Source: Bacteriovorax stolpii
GTDB lineage: Bacteria > Bdellovibrionota > UBA1018
Reading direction: 5' to 3'
DNA length: 64,000 nt
Assembly (NCBI GenBank): GCA_945860415.1
Contig: CAMAQA010000003.1
Location: 8,982 to 72,981 of the forward strand
This document shows, piece by piece, positions 18,481 to 28,222 of the stretch (position 1 is the stretch's first letter; each line of letters opens with the position of its first letter). A program made the position numbers and the translations under genes. Below the pieces are notes generated by a model that did not search any database, was not told where the DNA came from, and saw only the letters and a program-made list of their open reading frames with translations.

Positions 18481-19428
18481 TCAGGAAAAGAGCACGTATA
18501 CGATTCTGCGTAGAGTTCCCAGCCCGGCAGGAATAAACCCATACCGGATCATTTTTAACTTCCTTCGAATTGGGCCATCAGAGGACAGCAAAGAAAACTC
18601 TTCAAGCATTCTCTTTTGCGGCTGGGGCAGCCGCTCTGAATATTGCGACAGGAACGCTCGCGCCTGAAGCTCTCTTGCAGACCAATTCCGAGCCTCCGGG
18701 CCTCGGGCCATGAAACGCTTCAATCGCACAAAAAACGATGTTCGGTGCGCACCGACGGCATTCAACCCATGTTGTCGATACAGAATCAGCGGAGAATCGA
18801 CTGACCCAATGATCCCGAAAGCACTGGCACAAAGTGCTACCCAATGATCATGTAAAATGGCGCTCCTGGGAATCGGCTTCGCCAAATCAGCGAGGGCTCG
18901 ATTCATCAGTACAGTACATCCGGTCACTGTATTGCTCACCAGCAGCTGATCCAGCCCATTCCTGGAGGGATCCACACCCGCGAATTTCCAGAAGGAGTCT
19001 GCAATGGGTTCCAGCTCGGCGCCGACAACCTTCATATCCGAATGGACGAGGATCGGCTTTTCCCGGCCATGTTGCCCCTCAATTCTCCTCATTCGGGTGA
19101 GCAGAACCGCCAATTTCTCTTTGCTCCAAACGTCGTCCTGATCAGAAAACGCAAGGTAAGCGCCAGAGCCTGCCACCAGCAACTCACCAAAGGAGCCAGA
19201 AGCGCCGAGGCGCCCCCCCCCTCTCAGCCTCTGAAACCTGCCCGGAAAGCGATCTTCGTATTCGGTCAGAATCTGATTCGAATCATCCGACGAACCATCG
19301 TCGCGGAAAACGACCCTGGTTCGAACCGACGCCTGACCAAGAATGCTATCCAGCTGCTCCCGGACGAACCGACCGCCGTTGAAAACCGAAAGCAGCACGA
19401 CCACTTCTTCACTTCCGTCTTCGACCAA
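18481..19428 (-). CDS. GT2 glycosyltransferase, rhamnosyltransferase (WbbL)-like
   Basis: VLLSVFNGGRFVREQLDSI..DDGSSDDS, SDQDDVW, and YRQHG.N.VGA motifs. Paralogous to the CDS at 24031..24975. Confidence 0.75.
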   Translation of the reverse strand: MVEDGSEEVVVLLSVFNGGRFVREQLDSILGQASVRTRVVFRDDGSSDDSNQILTEYEDRFPGRFQRLRGGGRLGASGSFGELLVAGSGAYLAFSDQDDVWSKEKLAVLLTRMRRIEGQHGREKPILVHSDMKVVGAELEPIADSFWKFAGVDPSRNGLDQLLVSNTVTGCTVLMNRALADLAKPIPRSAILHDHWVALCASAFGIIGSVDSPLILYRQHGLNAVGAHRTSFFVRLKRFMARGPEARNWSARELQARAFLSQYSERLPQPQKRMLEEFSLLSSDGPIRRKLKMIRYGFIPAGLGTLRRIVYVLFS

Positions 19429-19490
19429 CCAGCCCTCCTGACCGGGCTCCCGCCCATTGAAATGTCGCCCCTGGCGAGTTAATTGGAATC

Positions 19491-20273
19491 ATGGTCAATC
19501 TCTGGGAGTTCTTCTGCTTTCACAAGAAGTTCCTCGTCTACACGATGGTGACCAGAAATCTGAAGATCAAGTACCGGCGGTCGGTCCTGGGCTTCCTATG
19601 GACCTTGCTCATCCCCATCCTTCAGGCCGGTATCTATTACCTCGTATTCAACCGAATCCTTAAAGTGCAGGCGGACAACTACGTCCTATTCATCCTGACG
19701 AGTCTCCTGCTGTGGGGCTTCTTCTCCAACACCCTCACGGAAGCACAGGAATCGCTCCTGATGCACTCGAACCTCATCACGAAAATCAATATCCCGCTTC
19801 ATGCATTCCCGTGGATCGCATCAATCACTCATGCAATTATCCTCTTTCTGAGCCTACCCGTAGTGGTCGGAATCTCTCTACTTCATGGAATTCGTCCTAC
19901 GCCCTCCTACTTTTATCTTCCTGTTTTGATCCTCCAGCTGCTTCTGTTTGCATACTCAATGGGCCTGGTTCTCTCGATCATCGTCATATTCTTCAGAGAC
20001 CTGAGGCACCTTCTTGCGATCGGACTGCAGATTTGGATGTATTCAACCCCCGTACTGTACCAGGCCAAGATGCTTCCACCTGAATTCAGCTGGGTGCTGT
20101 GGGCGAACCCTCTCGGGTTCATATTTTCATCAGCGCACAGGATCGTCCTAGAAGGAAGCTGGCCGACTCTTACCCAGTTCACTGTCCCAACTCTTTGGGC
20201 AATCGGAGCTGCCTGGGTTGCTAGAGCCGCCCTGAACCGCGCGCGGACAATGGGAGTGACAGAATGGCTTTAA
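19491..20273 (+). CDS. wzm: ABC-2 type polysaccharide export permease
   Basis: The RNLKIKYRRSVLGFLW...L.P signature of Wzm/KpsM with 6 TM segments. Confidence 0.85.
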   Translation: MVNLWEFFCFHKKFLVYTMVTRNLKIKYRRSVLGFLWTLLIPILQAGIYYLVFNRILKVQADNYVLFILTSLLLWGFFSNTLTEAQESLLMHSNLITKINIPLHAFPWIASITHAIILFLSLPVVVGISLLHGIRPTPSYFYLPVLILQLLLFAYSMGLVLSIIVIFFRDLRHLLAIGLQIWMYSTPVLYQAKMLPPEFSWVLWANPLGFIFSSAHRIVLEGSWPTLTQFTVPTLWAIGAAWVARAALNRARTMGVTEWL

Positions 20274-21058
20274 GCTCCAGATCCGTGACGATTGAACTAC
20301 GCAGGGTCTGCAAGTCCTTCCGGAACTGGGATGCCCGCCCGTTCTCCATCAAGGAATTCCTGGTCAACCTTTCTCGCTTCAGGTCGGGCTTCAAGCGTGG
20401 CGAAACCGTACAGGTCCTCAGGGACGTCTCATTTTCCATTCACTCAGGTGAGTTTGTCGGAATCATGGGTCCGAATGGCGCGGGCAAAAGCACGATACTG
20501 AAGGTAATTTCCGGAATTTATCTACCCACCTCCGGAACGGCAATCTCGCATGGCCAGATAGCGCCTCTGATCGAATTGGGCGCAGGCCTCCATCAAGACC
20601 TGAGCGGCCTGGAGAATATTTATCTCAATGGGGCAATTCTGGGATTCGGCAGGGCGGCCGTTAGCTCCAAGATCTCGGAGATTCTGGAATTCGCGGACCT
20701 CGGTGAAAAGATTCATATGCCGGTCCGATATTACTCCAATGGCATGCTGGCCCGGCTCGGGTTTTCAATTGCCACACACCTGCCTGCGCCCATTCTCCTC
20801 ATTGATGAAATTCTTGCCGTAGGCGACCTAACTTTTCAGGAAAAGTGCATTCGGAAAATCAACGAACTGCACGATCAAGGCCGCACGATCGTTTTGGTTT
20901 CTCATGACCCGAAGGCGATCGCTTCATACTGTGATCGATGCGTCGTGATATCCGCCGGCGGTGTATTTTATGACGGTCCCGCCGAACACGCGGAAGCCCA
21001 GTACCGTGCCGGACTCGATCTAAACTTGATGCGCTCTCCGGTCGAAAACCAGGATTGA
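20264..21058 (+). CDS. wzt: ABC polysaccharide export ATP-binding protein (short form without C-terminal carbohydrate-binding domain)
   Basis: Walker A GPNGAGKST, signature YSNGMLARLGFS, Walker B LLIDEIL. Overlaps wzm by 10 nt. Confidence 0.9.
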   Translation: MALSSRSVTIELRRVCKSFRNWDARPFSIKEFLVNLSRFRSGFKRGETVQVLRDVSFSIHSGEFVGIMGPNGAGKSTILKVISGIYLPTSGTAISHGQIAPLIELGAGLHQDLSGLENIYLNGAILGFGRAAVSSKISEILEFADLGEKIHMPVRYYSNGMLARLGFSIATHLPAPILLIDEILAVGDLTFQEKCIRKINELHDQGRTIVLVSHDPKAIASYCDRCVVISAGGVFYDGPAEHAEAQYRAGLDLNLMRSPVENQD

Positions 21059-21089
21059 CAAAGAAGCATGGTCTGAGACACCTCTTCGC

Positions 21090-21965
21090 ATGACGCTACC
21101 TTTTAGCAGCCTCTTCAGGCCGTCGAAAAACATCCCGACCCGCGGTACCCGCGAGAGAGGGTTGAGCCCCCAGTTTCTTCGTTCGCTTTCCGCGGCCCAA
21201 AAAGAATATGAATCAAAGGGGTTTGCAGTAATACCGGAGGTCTTTACTCCCGAGGAAATCAACCGACTCAGGGCTGCCAGCTTGATCGCTCTCACCCAGC
21301 TCGGCGAGATCAAGAAACATTACACTCATGAACCACTTGAGACGACCAGCAAGAGCGGTTTTGAAAGTCCGGCGCTCCTCTTCTGGCCCCGCCTGGCCAA
21401 TCGCGAATTTGCGGAATTCTCAGATGACCCGCGCCTTCGCGCAGTCGTCCAGGCGTTTCTGGGTGACTCCGTCAAGCAACTGAATAATCAGTTTTATTAC
21501 CGGCTCCCAGGGGATGGAGACCAGTTCTCATGGCATCAGGACATCATGTTTCGAACCCCCCTGGAACAATACCCTGGGGTCGTCGAAGAGGATGGGTACC
21601 TGCAGACTGCGATTCTGGTGGATGATTTTTTGGAATCCAATGCTCCTGTGACCTTCATTGCAGGCTCGCACAAGCTTGGAAATCTGGAGTTGCAGAAGGA
21701 CATCAAACAGTCCGTTCTTAGGGATCTTAACGGCACAAAGCTGCCGAAAGCCCTGGAATCACTTTCTCTCGAGAATCTTCTCGGTAAATCCGGGTCGATT
21801 GCCGTCTGGTCGTCATTGACGGCACACAGGTCCAGTCCCAATCTCGGGCTATCCAGCCGCTTCTACCTGATGAATGGGTTCGCTCGCGCACGAAACTCGA
21901 GACCATGGCCGTGGTACATGAAAGATGGGGCACTTTGTGATCTCGATCCACGGATGATTCCATGA
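21090..21965 (+). CDS. Phytanoyl-CoA dioxygenase (PhyH)-family Fe(II)/2-oxoglutarate-dependent oxygenase
   Basis: FSWHQDIMF (HxD) and a distal H in FIAGSHKLGN, matching the PhyH-family double-stranded beta-helix. Confidence 0.75.
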   Translation: MTLPFSSLFRPSKNIPTRGTRERGLSPQFLRSLSAAQKEYESKGFAVIPEVFTPEEINRLRAASLIALTQLGEIKKHYTHEPLETTSKSGFESPALLFWPRLANREFAEFSDDPRLRAVVQAFLGDSVKQLNNQFYYRLPGDGDQFSWHQDIMFRTPLEQYPGVVEEDGYLQTAILVDDFLESNAPVTFIAGSHKLGNLELQKDIKQSVLRDLNGTKLPKALESLSLENLLGKSGSIAVWSSLTAHRSSPNLGLSSRFYLMNGFARARNSRPWPWYMKDGALCDLDPRMIP

Positions 21966-22516
21966 GCTCTTCGAGCCAGAACAAAATTCAAAGCGCAGAC
22001 GAATTGAACCAGCACTACTCCGCGGAGGACCCCTGGGAGTACGAATCGAACCCGCACGATGCAGTTCGCATCCAAAGATTTAAAAGGCTGATCGCTGGTC
22101 GGCGTTTTCGTCGTGCTCTCGACATCGGATGTGGAAACGGTTTTCTAACACGAGAGATCCCAGCTGCAGAAGTGATGGGAATCGACCTTTCCACCGCTGC
22201 GATCGAGATAGCCAGATCCAAGCTTCCAGATCCAAGATTCCAGTTCGATTCATTATCGGTCTTCGACGCCCACTCGAGGACCCTTGGTCAATTCGACCTC
22301 GTGGTCATTACCGGAGTCCTCTACCCTCAATACATCGGAGGTGCGTACCGATTGATTGACGCCAACCTTCGCTCGCTGCTTTGTCCTGGCGGCCGGCTCA
22401 TTCATTGTCATATCTTTGAGTGGCTCAGATACACTCCCACCCTGAATTTGCTATCGAGAGAGACTTACCAATACAGGGATTACACTCACGTCTTGGAAGA
22501 GCGGGTTGCCGAATGA
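21962..22516 (+). CDS. Small class I SAM-dependent methyltransferase
   Basis: ALDIGCGNGFLT motif I. 184 aa. Its stop overlaps the next start as ATGA. Confidence 0.7.
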   Translation: MSSSSQNKIQSADELNQHYSAEDPWEYESNPHDAVRIQRFKRLIAGRRFRRALDIGCGNGFLTREIPAAEVMGIDLSTAAIEIARSKLPDPRFQFDSLSVFDAHSRTLGQFDLVVITGVLYPQYIGGAYRLIDANLRSLLCPGGRLIHCHIFEWLRYTPTLNLLSRETYQYRDYTHVLEERVAE

Positions 22517-24018
22517 TCCTCTGCTACCACAAGGTATCACCCGAGCGGAAAACGCCATGGTGGGTGAGTGTCGACAAATTTTACTCAGATATGATCGCGC
22601 TTCGTAGTCGGAAGGTGGTTAGCCTGGACGATTACGATCCACTGAATCCCGATCATGTCGTCATCACTTTTGATGGCGTCTACAAGAACATTGCCCAATA
22701 CGCTGCCCCAATTCTGCAAGAGTTCAGATATCCTTTCGAGCTCTTCGTCATTGGTGACTACATAGGGCGGGACAACGAATTCGACGTTTCCGAGCCGCTG
22801 ACCCCATTCGCTTCAATCGAATATCTCAAGCGCATGGAGGCAATGGGAGGAAAGGTGCAATGGCATACTCGTACCCACGCACTCCTCACTCAGCAGGACC
22901 CGGCATTGTCAGCTGGCGAGCTTGAAATCCCTGAGCCGATCAGACGGTGCTTTCCACTGCCTCATTTCAATTGGTTCGCCTATCCACACGCCCTGTCGAG
23001 CAAGGGCTCCAGGGCACTGGTTCGCACGAAATTCAAAGGTGCGATTGCGTGTGAGAACGGAGATCCGAGCGATCAGTGGAACCTGCCTCGCAAACTGGTA
23101 TTTGAGGGCACATCCGTGCGAAACAAGAAGATCTCGATTATTATTCCGAACTTCAACTATGGCCACCTCGTCCATGAGGCAATTGATTCAGCCCTGGGAC
23201 AAACCTATCCTGCGGATGAGATTCTCGTCATTGACGACTGCAGCACGGACAATTCTCGCGAACGCATCTCCACATTTCGAAACAGGGTCCGCGTCGAATT
23301 CAATGAGCGAAATCTTGGAATCATCGATAATTTCAACAAGGCCGTGTCGCTTGCAACGGGCGACTTCATTGTATTTCTGGGCGCGGACAACAGGATGCGC
23401 GCCGACTACCTTGAAAAGACTGTGCCCATCCTTCTTGCACAAGAAGAGGTAGGGGTTGTCTATACGGACATGATGTTGTTTGGTGACAGATCTCATCTTC
23501 TCGCCGAGAAAGTCGGGGCACAGCAGGTCACGCACGAGAACTGGATTTGGCAGTTTCCAGAGTACAACGCTGAAGCGTTATCCAAGCTGGAAAATGTCAA
23601 CTTTATCCACGGTTCCTCGATCTTTCGACGAAAAGCATATGACGCGGTCGGAGGATACAGAAAGTCCGGCCGCCCGGAAGATCATGATTTTTTTCACCGG
23701 ATCCTGATGCACGGATGGAAGGCAGCCCGCAGCCCACATGCTTTGATCGAGTATCGGCAGCATTCCGAAAACCAGGCCAACACCAAGCTCTCCAATGAAA
23801 TGGAAATTGCCTTACTGAAACGCGAGCTGGCCTTCGCCTTGGAGGGCACGAAGTCGAGCAACATTGTCCAGCTGGGCACGAAAATCGAGCGATTCAGCCA
23901 AAAAATTCCGTACTTGAATCGTTCTCTCAACTTTTTGTCTGGCACGATCCTGAAGTCACTTGGAGTACTGAAGACCATCGTAAGGACTATGAAGTTGATG
24001 AGACCCCGACGATCCTGA
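22513..24018 (+). CDS. Bifunctional polysaccharide deacetylase (NodB/CE4-like) - GT2 glycosyltransferase fusion
   Basis: N-terminal LCYHKV...ITFDGVY...H.H... is deacetylase-like. Central ISIIIPNFNYGHLV..DDCSTDNS with DxD is GT2. Confidence 0.75.
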   Translation: MILCYHKVSPERKTPWWVSVDKFYSDMIALRSRKVVSLDDYDPLNPDHVVITFDGVYKNIAQYAAPILQEFRYPFELFVIGDYIGRDNEFDVSEPLTPFASIEYLKRMEAMGGKVQWHTRTHALLTQQDPALSAGELEIPEPIRRCFPLPHFNWFAYPHALSSKGSRALVRTKFKGAIACENGDPSDQWNLPRKLVFEGTSVRNKKISIIIPNFNYGHLVHEAIDSALGQTYPADEILVIDDCSTDNSRERISTFRNRVRVEFNERNLGIIDNFNKAVSLATGDFIVFLGADNRMRADYLEKTVPILLAQEEVGVVYTDMMLFGDRSHLLAEKVGAQQVTHENWIWQFPEYNAEALSKLENVNFIHGSSIFRRKAYDAVGGYRKSGRPEDHDFFHRILMHGWKAARSPHALIEYRQHSENQANTKLSNEMEIALLKRELAFALEGTKSSNIVQLGTKIERFSQKIPYLNRSLNFLSGTILKSLGVLKTIVRTMKLMRPRRS

Positions 24019-24030
24019 GCGGAAGGATGT

Positions 24031-24975
24031 TCAGAGTATCATTCCGATGAGCCTGCCCGCAGCAGCCCGGGCCAGCACCGGATCACTCCACCAGTAACGA
24101 ACCACGAAGGTCAGCAGCTTGAGGATTCCGGGAGCACGGGCGTCCACTCCGCGTTCGGAGAGAGCCTGGGCCACGGTAGCAGTTTCGTGCCACCGCGAAC
24201 GAAAATGTCGAATGAGGTGACTGATGCCCCGAACGCGACCTCCCGAGGGCAGCGCCCACCTGCCATTGAAGGTGCTGGCACCCACGACGTTGTTTCCATG
24301 CTGACGATAGCAGACGAGCGGCTGCGGCACGGCGTAGACACCACCCAATCCGGCCGCCAGAGCCGAATACCACTGATCGTGGTAGCCCACGGACTCCGGG
24401 ATCGGGCCGAAGCGGCGCGCCAGTTCAGCATCAAACATCATGGCCGCACCATTGACGATCGTGCGCAGGAGCATGTGATCCAATCCCGAGTTCCGGGTGT
24501 TGCGTCGCTCGGCACCCCAGAGCGTCTGACGGCTGGAATCGGCGGCCTCGCCGGGAGGGGATCCGGAGAACAGGATCATGTCGGAATGGACCAGCGACAG
24601 CCGGGGAGACTGCTCCAGCTCACGAGCCAGAACGGAAAGCTTGGACGGCCGCCAGATATCGTCCTGATCGCTGCAGGCGATGGCATCCACATCGGGTTGC
24701 CGTGCGAGCAGCTGGATAGCTCGATCAAAGTTAGCCTTGTGGCCTAGGCGGGTCGTATTTTCCAGGAATTCGAATTGGGGATCCGAAAAGAATCGCGCGA
24801 GTCGCGGATGGGCCCGAAGCTCGGCAAGTTCGGAATCGCTGGTGGCCACGCAGCACCAGTCGGGAAAGTCCTGCGCTTCGATGCTCTCCAGCTGTTCCGC
24901 AAAAACCAATGGATCAGGCCGGTAGATGGTCAGTGCAATGCCGATTTTTTTTATGGATCCTCGGGGCTCAGCCAT
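24031..24975 (-). CDS. GT2 glycosyltransferase, rhamnosyltransferase-like paralog
   Basis: IGIALTIYRPD, SDQDDIW, LVHSDM, and YRQHGNNVVGA. Clear paralog of 18481..19428. Start set at ATG 24975 rather than 25158. Confidence 0.75.
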   Translation of the reverse strand: MAEPRGSIKKIGIALTIYRPDPLVFAEQLESIEAQDFPDWCCVATSDSELAELRAHPRLARFFSDPQFEFLENTTRLGHKANFDRAIQLLARQPDVDAIACSDQDDIWRPSKLSVLARELEQSPRLSLVHSDMILFSGSPPGEAADSSRQTLWGAERRNTRNSGLDHMLLRTIVNGAAMMFDAELARRFGPIPESVGYHDQWYSALAAGLGGVYAVPQPLVCYRQHGNNVVGASTFNGRWALPSGGRVRGISHLIRHFRSRWHETATVAQALSERGVDARAPGILKLLTFVVRYWWSDPVLARAAAGRLIGMIL

Positions 24976-25051
24976 TCCCCTTCGTGATGCCTGAAAGCGT
25001 GAGGGAAGTGAAGCATCCCGATGAAATCCCCCTCTTGGCCTTTTCAGTCGT

Positions 25052-26038
25052 TTGGGCATACGATTCATCACGGAAAACCCTGTGAAAAATCTCCTGTTCA
25101 TCAAACTGGGCGCAGTCGGGGACGTGGTGATGGCCATGACCGCGGCCCGGCGTGCCATCCAGAAGGGTCAAAGCTGCATCACTTGGCTCGCCGGAACGCA
25201 GGTCCTGCCGCTGATCCGTCGAGTTCTTCCGGAGATCGAGCCCATCGCCGTTGACGAGGTCCGACTCCTCAAGTCCGGAAGTCTCGCTTCCGTGCTCGAA
25301 CTCGCGCGAGTCAACCGGCTGCTGGCATTTCGCCGGTTCGATCATCTTGCTTCGGGATATCGCGACCCACGATATCGCCTGATGGCACTGAGCTGCCGCT
25401 CGCGATCGACCACCCCGGAGTTCGCTCCGGAGCCCGGGCGCTACCATGCGGAAGCCTATTACGAACTCCTATCCGGCAGGAGGCTGGAACCTGCGGAAGC
25501 TCCGCTCCATCCGTCGTCACTGATTCCCTCGGCCTCATCACGCGGCGGGGGCATCGTCCTTGCGCCCGGTGGAGCGAAGAACCTCCTGCGAGACGATGCC
25601 CTGCGTCGATATCCGATCTCCTCCTACGTTCGCCTCGCCCGGCTCGCCCTAGACTCCGGAAAGTCCGTCACGGTCATGGGCGCAAATTCCGATGACTGGG
25701 TCCGGCCCTATTTTGAAGGCCTGCCGATTCGGTTCGAGCTCGGGACCCTGCTCCTCGAGGAAGTGCCCTTCTGGCTCCAGCAGTTTGAGCGCCTGATCAC
25801 CCACGATAGCGGTCCGATGCACCTCGGCTTCCTGGCGGGCATTCCCGTTACCGCCCTCTTCGGACCGACCCGGGCTGACGAAAAGGTACCACGCGACTAT
25901 GCCCGAAACGGCTCGGTAGTCATCCAGGCGGGCCGGCACCTTTCCTGTGCTCCCTGTTACAATGGCCGAGACTATCCCGACTGCCCACATCAGCGATGCC
26001 TCAACGAGCTCATTCCCGAGCCCGAATTTATCGGGTAA
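25052..26038 (+). CDS. Family-9 glycosyltransferase (LPS heptosyltransferase-like)
   Basis: N-terminal LLFIKLGAVGDVVMAM and C-terminal THDSGPMHLG..G.P..ALFGPT are GT9 signatures. The true start may be GTG 25082. Confidence 0.8.
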   Translation: MGIRFITENPVKNLLFIKLGAVGDVVMAMTAARRAIQKGQSCITWLAGTQVLPLIRRVLPEIEPIAVDEVRLLKSGSLASVLELARVNRLLAFRRFDHLASGYRDPRYRLMALSCRSRSTTPEFAPEPGRYHAEAYYELLSGRRLEPAEAPLHPSSLIPSASSRGGGIVLAPGGAKNLLRDDALRRYPISSYVRLARLALDSGKSVTVMGANSDDWVRPYFEGLPIRFELGTLLLEEVPFWLQQFERLITHDSGPMHLGFLAGIPVTALFGPTRADEKVPRDYARNGSVVIQAGRHLSCAPCYNGRDYPDCPHQRCLNELIPEPEFIG

Positions 26039-26047
26039 GTCCCCATC

Positions 26048-27040
26048 ATGAAACGCGCCCTGATCACTGGAATCACCGGACAGGATGGCTCCTATCTGGC
26101 TGAACTGCTCCTGGAAAAGGGCTACGCCGTCCACGGGCTTGTACGCCAGGGCGGCTCGACCGATCGGATCGAGCCGATCCTGCGAGATCACGGCCCTCGC
26201 GGAGCCTTGGTTCTCCACGCTGTGGACCTGTCAGACTCCGCTCTGCTCACGAAGACCTTGGGGAAGGTCCAGCCGGATGAGGTCTATCATCTGGCTGCGC
26301 AAACCCATGTCGGACTGAGCTTCGAAGTGCCTGAATATACGGCCGATATCACGGGAACGGGCACGGTTCGGGTCCTCGAAGCAATCAGGGCCACAGGAAG
26401 CCAGGCGCGATTCTATCAAGCATCGAGCTCCGAGATGTTCGGAAGGGCACTGGAAAGCCCACAACGCGAAACAACACCCTTCTACCCTCGCAGCCCTTAT
26501 GGAGCAGCAAAGGTTTATGGGTACTGGATCACCGTCAATTATCGCGAGGCCCATCGAATCCACGCGTCAAATGGCATTCTGTTCAACCATGAGTCGCCTC
26601 GTCGGGGAGAGAGCTTTGTCACGAGAAAGATCACCCGGGCATTGGCGCGGATCCTGTCGGGACGACAGCAGGAACTACTACTTGGGAACCTCGATGCAAA
26701 ACGGGACTGGGGATATGCCCGGGATTACGTGGGGGCCATGTGGCTGATGCTGCAGCAGCCGGAGGGTGACGACTACGTCATTGCGACGGGAGAGACCCAT
26801 TCTGTCAGAGAGTTTCTCGATATCGCCTTCGGGTCCGTGGGACGCGACTGGCACCCCGTGGTCCGGATTGATCCCCGATATTATCGCCCCACGGAAGTGG
26901 ATCGGCTGATCGGGGATTCGACCAAGGCAAGACGGGTTCTCGGATGGACCCCCCGCTGCTCCTTTTCCGAGCTCGTCAGGTTGATGGTTGCCGAGGACCT
27001 CAGGCTGGAAGGGCTGGATCCCGAGAAATGGATGCGTTGA
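26048..27040 (+). CDS. gmd: GDP-mannose 4,6-dehydratase
   Basis: [37 protein letters not shown](F)G, and SPYG.AK.Y, near-canonical Gmd. Confidence 0.95.
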   Translation: MKRALITGITGQDGSYLAELLLEKGYAVHGLVRQGGSTDRIEPILRDHGPRGALVLHAVDLSDSALLTKTLGKVQPDEVYHLAAQTHVGLSFEVPEYTADITGTGTVRVLEAIRATGSQARFYQASSSEMFGRALESPQRETTPFYPRSPYGAAKVYGYWITVNYREAHRIHASNGILFNHESPRRGESFVTRKITRALARILSGRQQELLLGNLDAKRDWGYARDYVGAMWLMLQQPEGDDYVIATGETHSVREFLDIAFGSVGRDWHPVVRIDPRYYRPTEVDRLIGDSTKARRVLGWTPRCSFSELVRLMVAEDLRLEGLDPEKWMR

Positions 27041-27134
27041 CCGATCCCGCCGTCACGCTTGCCCGCTGTCCGGGAACGGCTACTGACTGACGGACGAGGT
27101 TCCCAGCAGCCGATTTTTCGGCTAATCCACTCTT

Positions 27135-28193
27135 ATGGGCAACCTGCACACCATTCTCCTCACCGGCGGCGCCGGATTCATAGGCAGCAACTTCGTCGAA
27201 CTCGCGGTCAGGCGCGGACACCGGGTGATCATCTTGGACGCCCTGACCTACGCCGGGCACCGAGAGAACCTCGACACGATCCCGCAGCGAACGGCCTCGC
27301 ATCCCGGCTCCTGGGAATTGGCCATCGGTGACATTCGCGATGCTCGCCTCGTCCCCGAGCTCCTGGCAAAAAACCAGTGCACGGCGCTCCTGAACTTCGC
27401 GGCCGAAAGCCACGTCGATCGCTCGATCACCGGGCCATCGGCCTTCATCGACACCAATATCCTGGGCACCTACAACCTGCTCCAGGCAGCCCGTGGCTAC
27501 GTGGACGCTCTTCCTGCTGACTCCGCGCTCAAGAAGTCCTTCCGCTACCTCCAGGTCTCGACGGATGAGGTCTATGGGGCACTGGGCGACACCGGAAAGT
27601 TCTCCGAAACGACCCCGTACGCGCCGAACTCTCCGTATTCGGCGTCCAAGGCCGCAAGCGATCACCTCGTCCGCGCCTGGCACCACACCTACGGACTGAA
27701 CGTCGTCACCACGAACTGCTCGAACAATTATGGTCCGAAGCAGTTTCCGGAAAAGCTCATCCCGCACATGATCCAGTGCGCACTGGCTGGCAAGCCGCTG
27801 CCGGTTTATGGAAAAGGCGCGAACGTGCGCGACTGGATCTTTGTTCTCGACCACTGTGAGGGCATCCTGCTGGCGCTCGAACGCGGCAAGGCGGGCGAAA
27901 CCTACTGCTTCGGCGGAAATTCGGAACGCAAGAACCTGGATGTCGTCCATGCCCTGTGCGCCGTGCTGGACGAGGTCAAGCCGCGCACGGATGAAAAATC
28001 CTATCGCGAGCAGATCAGCTTCGTTCAGGACCGCGCCGGCCACGACTGGCGTTATGCCATCGACGACACCAAGGCCCAGCAGGAGTTGGGCTTCACGCGC
28101 TCGATGAAGAACTTCGAGCAGGGCCTGCGCTCGACGGTCGAGTGGTATCTGTCGAACGACGTTTGGGTCAGGGCGGTTCTCGCGAAGGACTGA
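27135..28193 (+). CDS. rfbB: dTDP-glucose 4,6-dehydratase
   Basis: TGGAGFIGSNFV and YSASKAASDHLVRAWHHTYGL, canonical RmlB. Confidence 0.95.
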   Translation: MGNLHTILLTGGAGFIGSNFVELAVRRGHRVIILDALTYAGHRENLDTIPQRTASHPGSWELAIGDIRDARLVPELLAKNQCTALLNFAAESHVDRSITGPSAFIDTNILGTYNLLQAARGYVDALPADSALKKSFRYLQVSTDEVYGALGDTGKFSETTPYAPNSPYSASKAASDHLVRAWHHTYGLNVVTTNCSNNYGPKQFPEKLIPHMIQCALAGKPLPVYGKGANVRDWIFVLDHCEGILLALERGKAGETYCFGGNSERKNLDVVHALCAVLDEVKPRTDEKSYREQISFVQDRAGHDWRYAIDDTKAQQELGFTRSMKNFEQGLRSTVEWYLSNDVWVRAVLAKD

Positions 28194-28222
28194 GTGGCGT
28201 GCGGCCTGCTTTACTCGGCATC

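Noticed and set aside
19300-19330. GGTTCGAACC motif reminiscent of a tRNA T-arm
   Set aside because: It lies inside the GT2 coding sequence, with no flanking acceptor-stem or anticodon-arm complementarity. No tRNA-like cloverleaf could be assembled in any intergenic region of the window.
24975-25158. N-terminal 61 aa of the GT2 ORF 24031..25158, overlapping the GT9 gene start
   Set aside because: The extension (MARRAAVMAITTSPTAPSLMNRRFF...) lacks homology and overlaps the divergent GT9 heptosyltransferase. The paralog 18481..19428 aligns starting near MAEPRGSIKKIGIAL, which supports the ATG at 24975.
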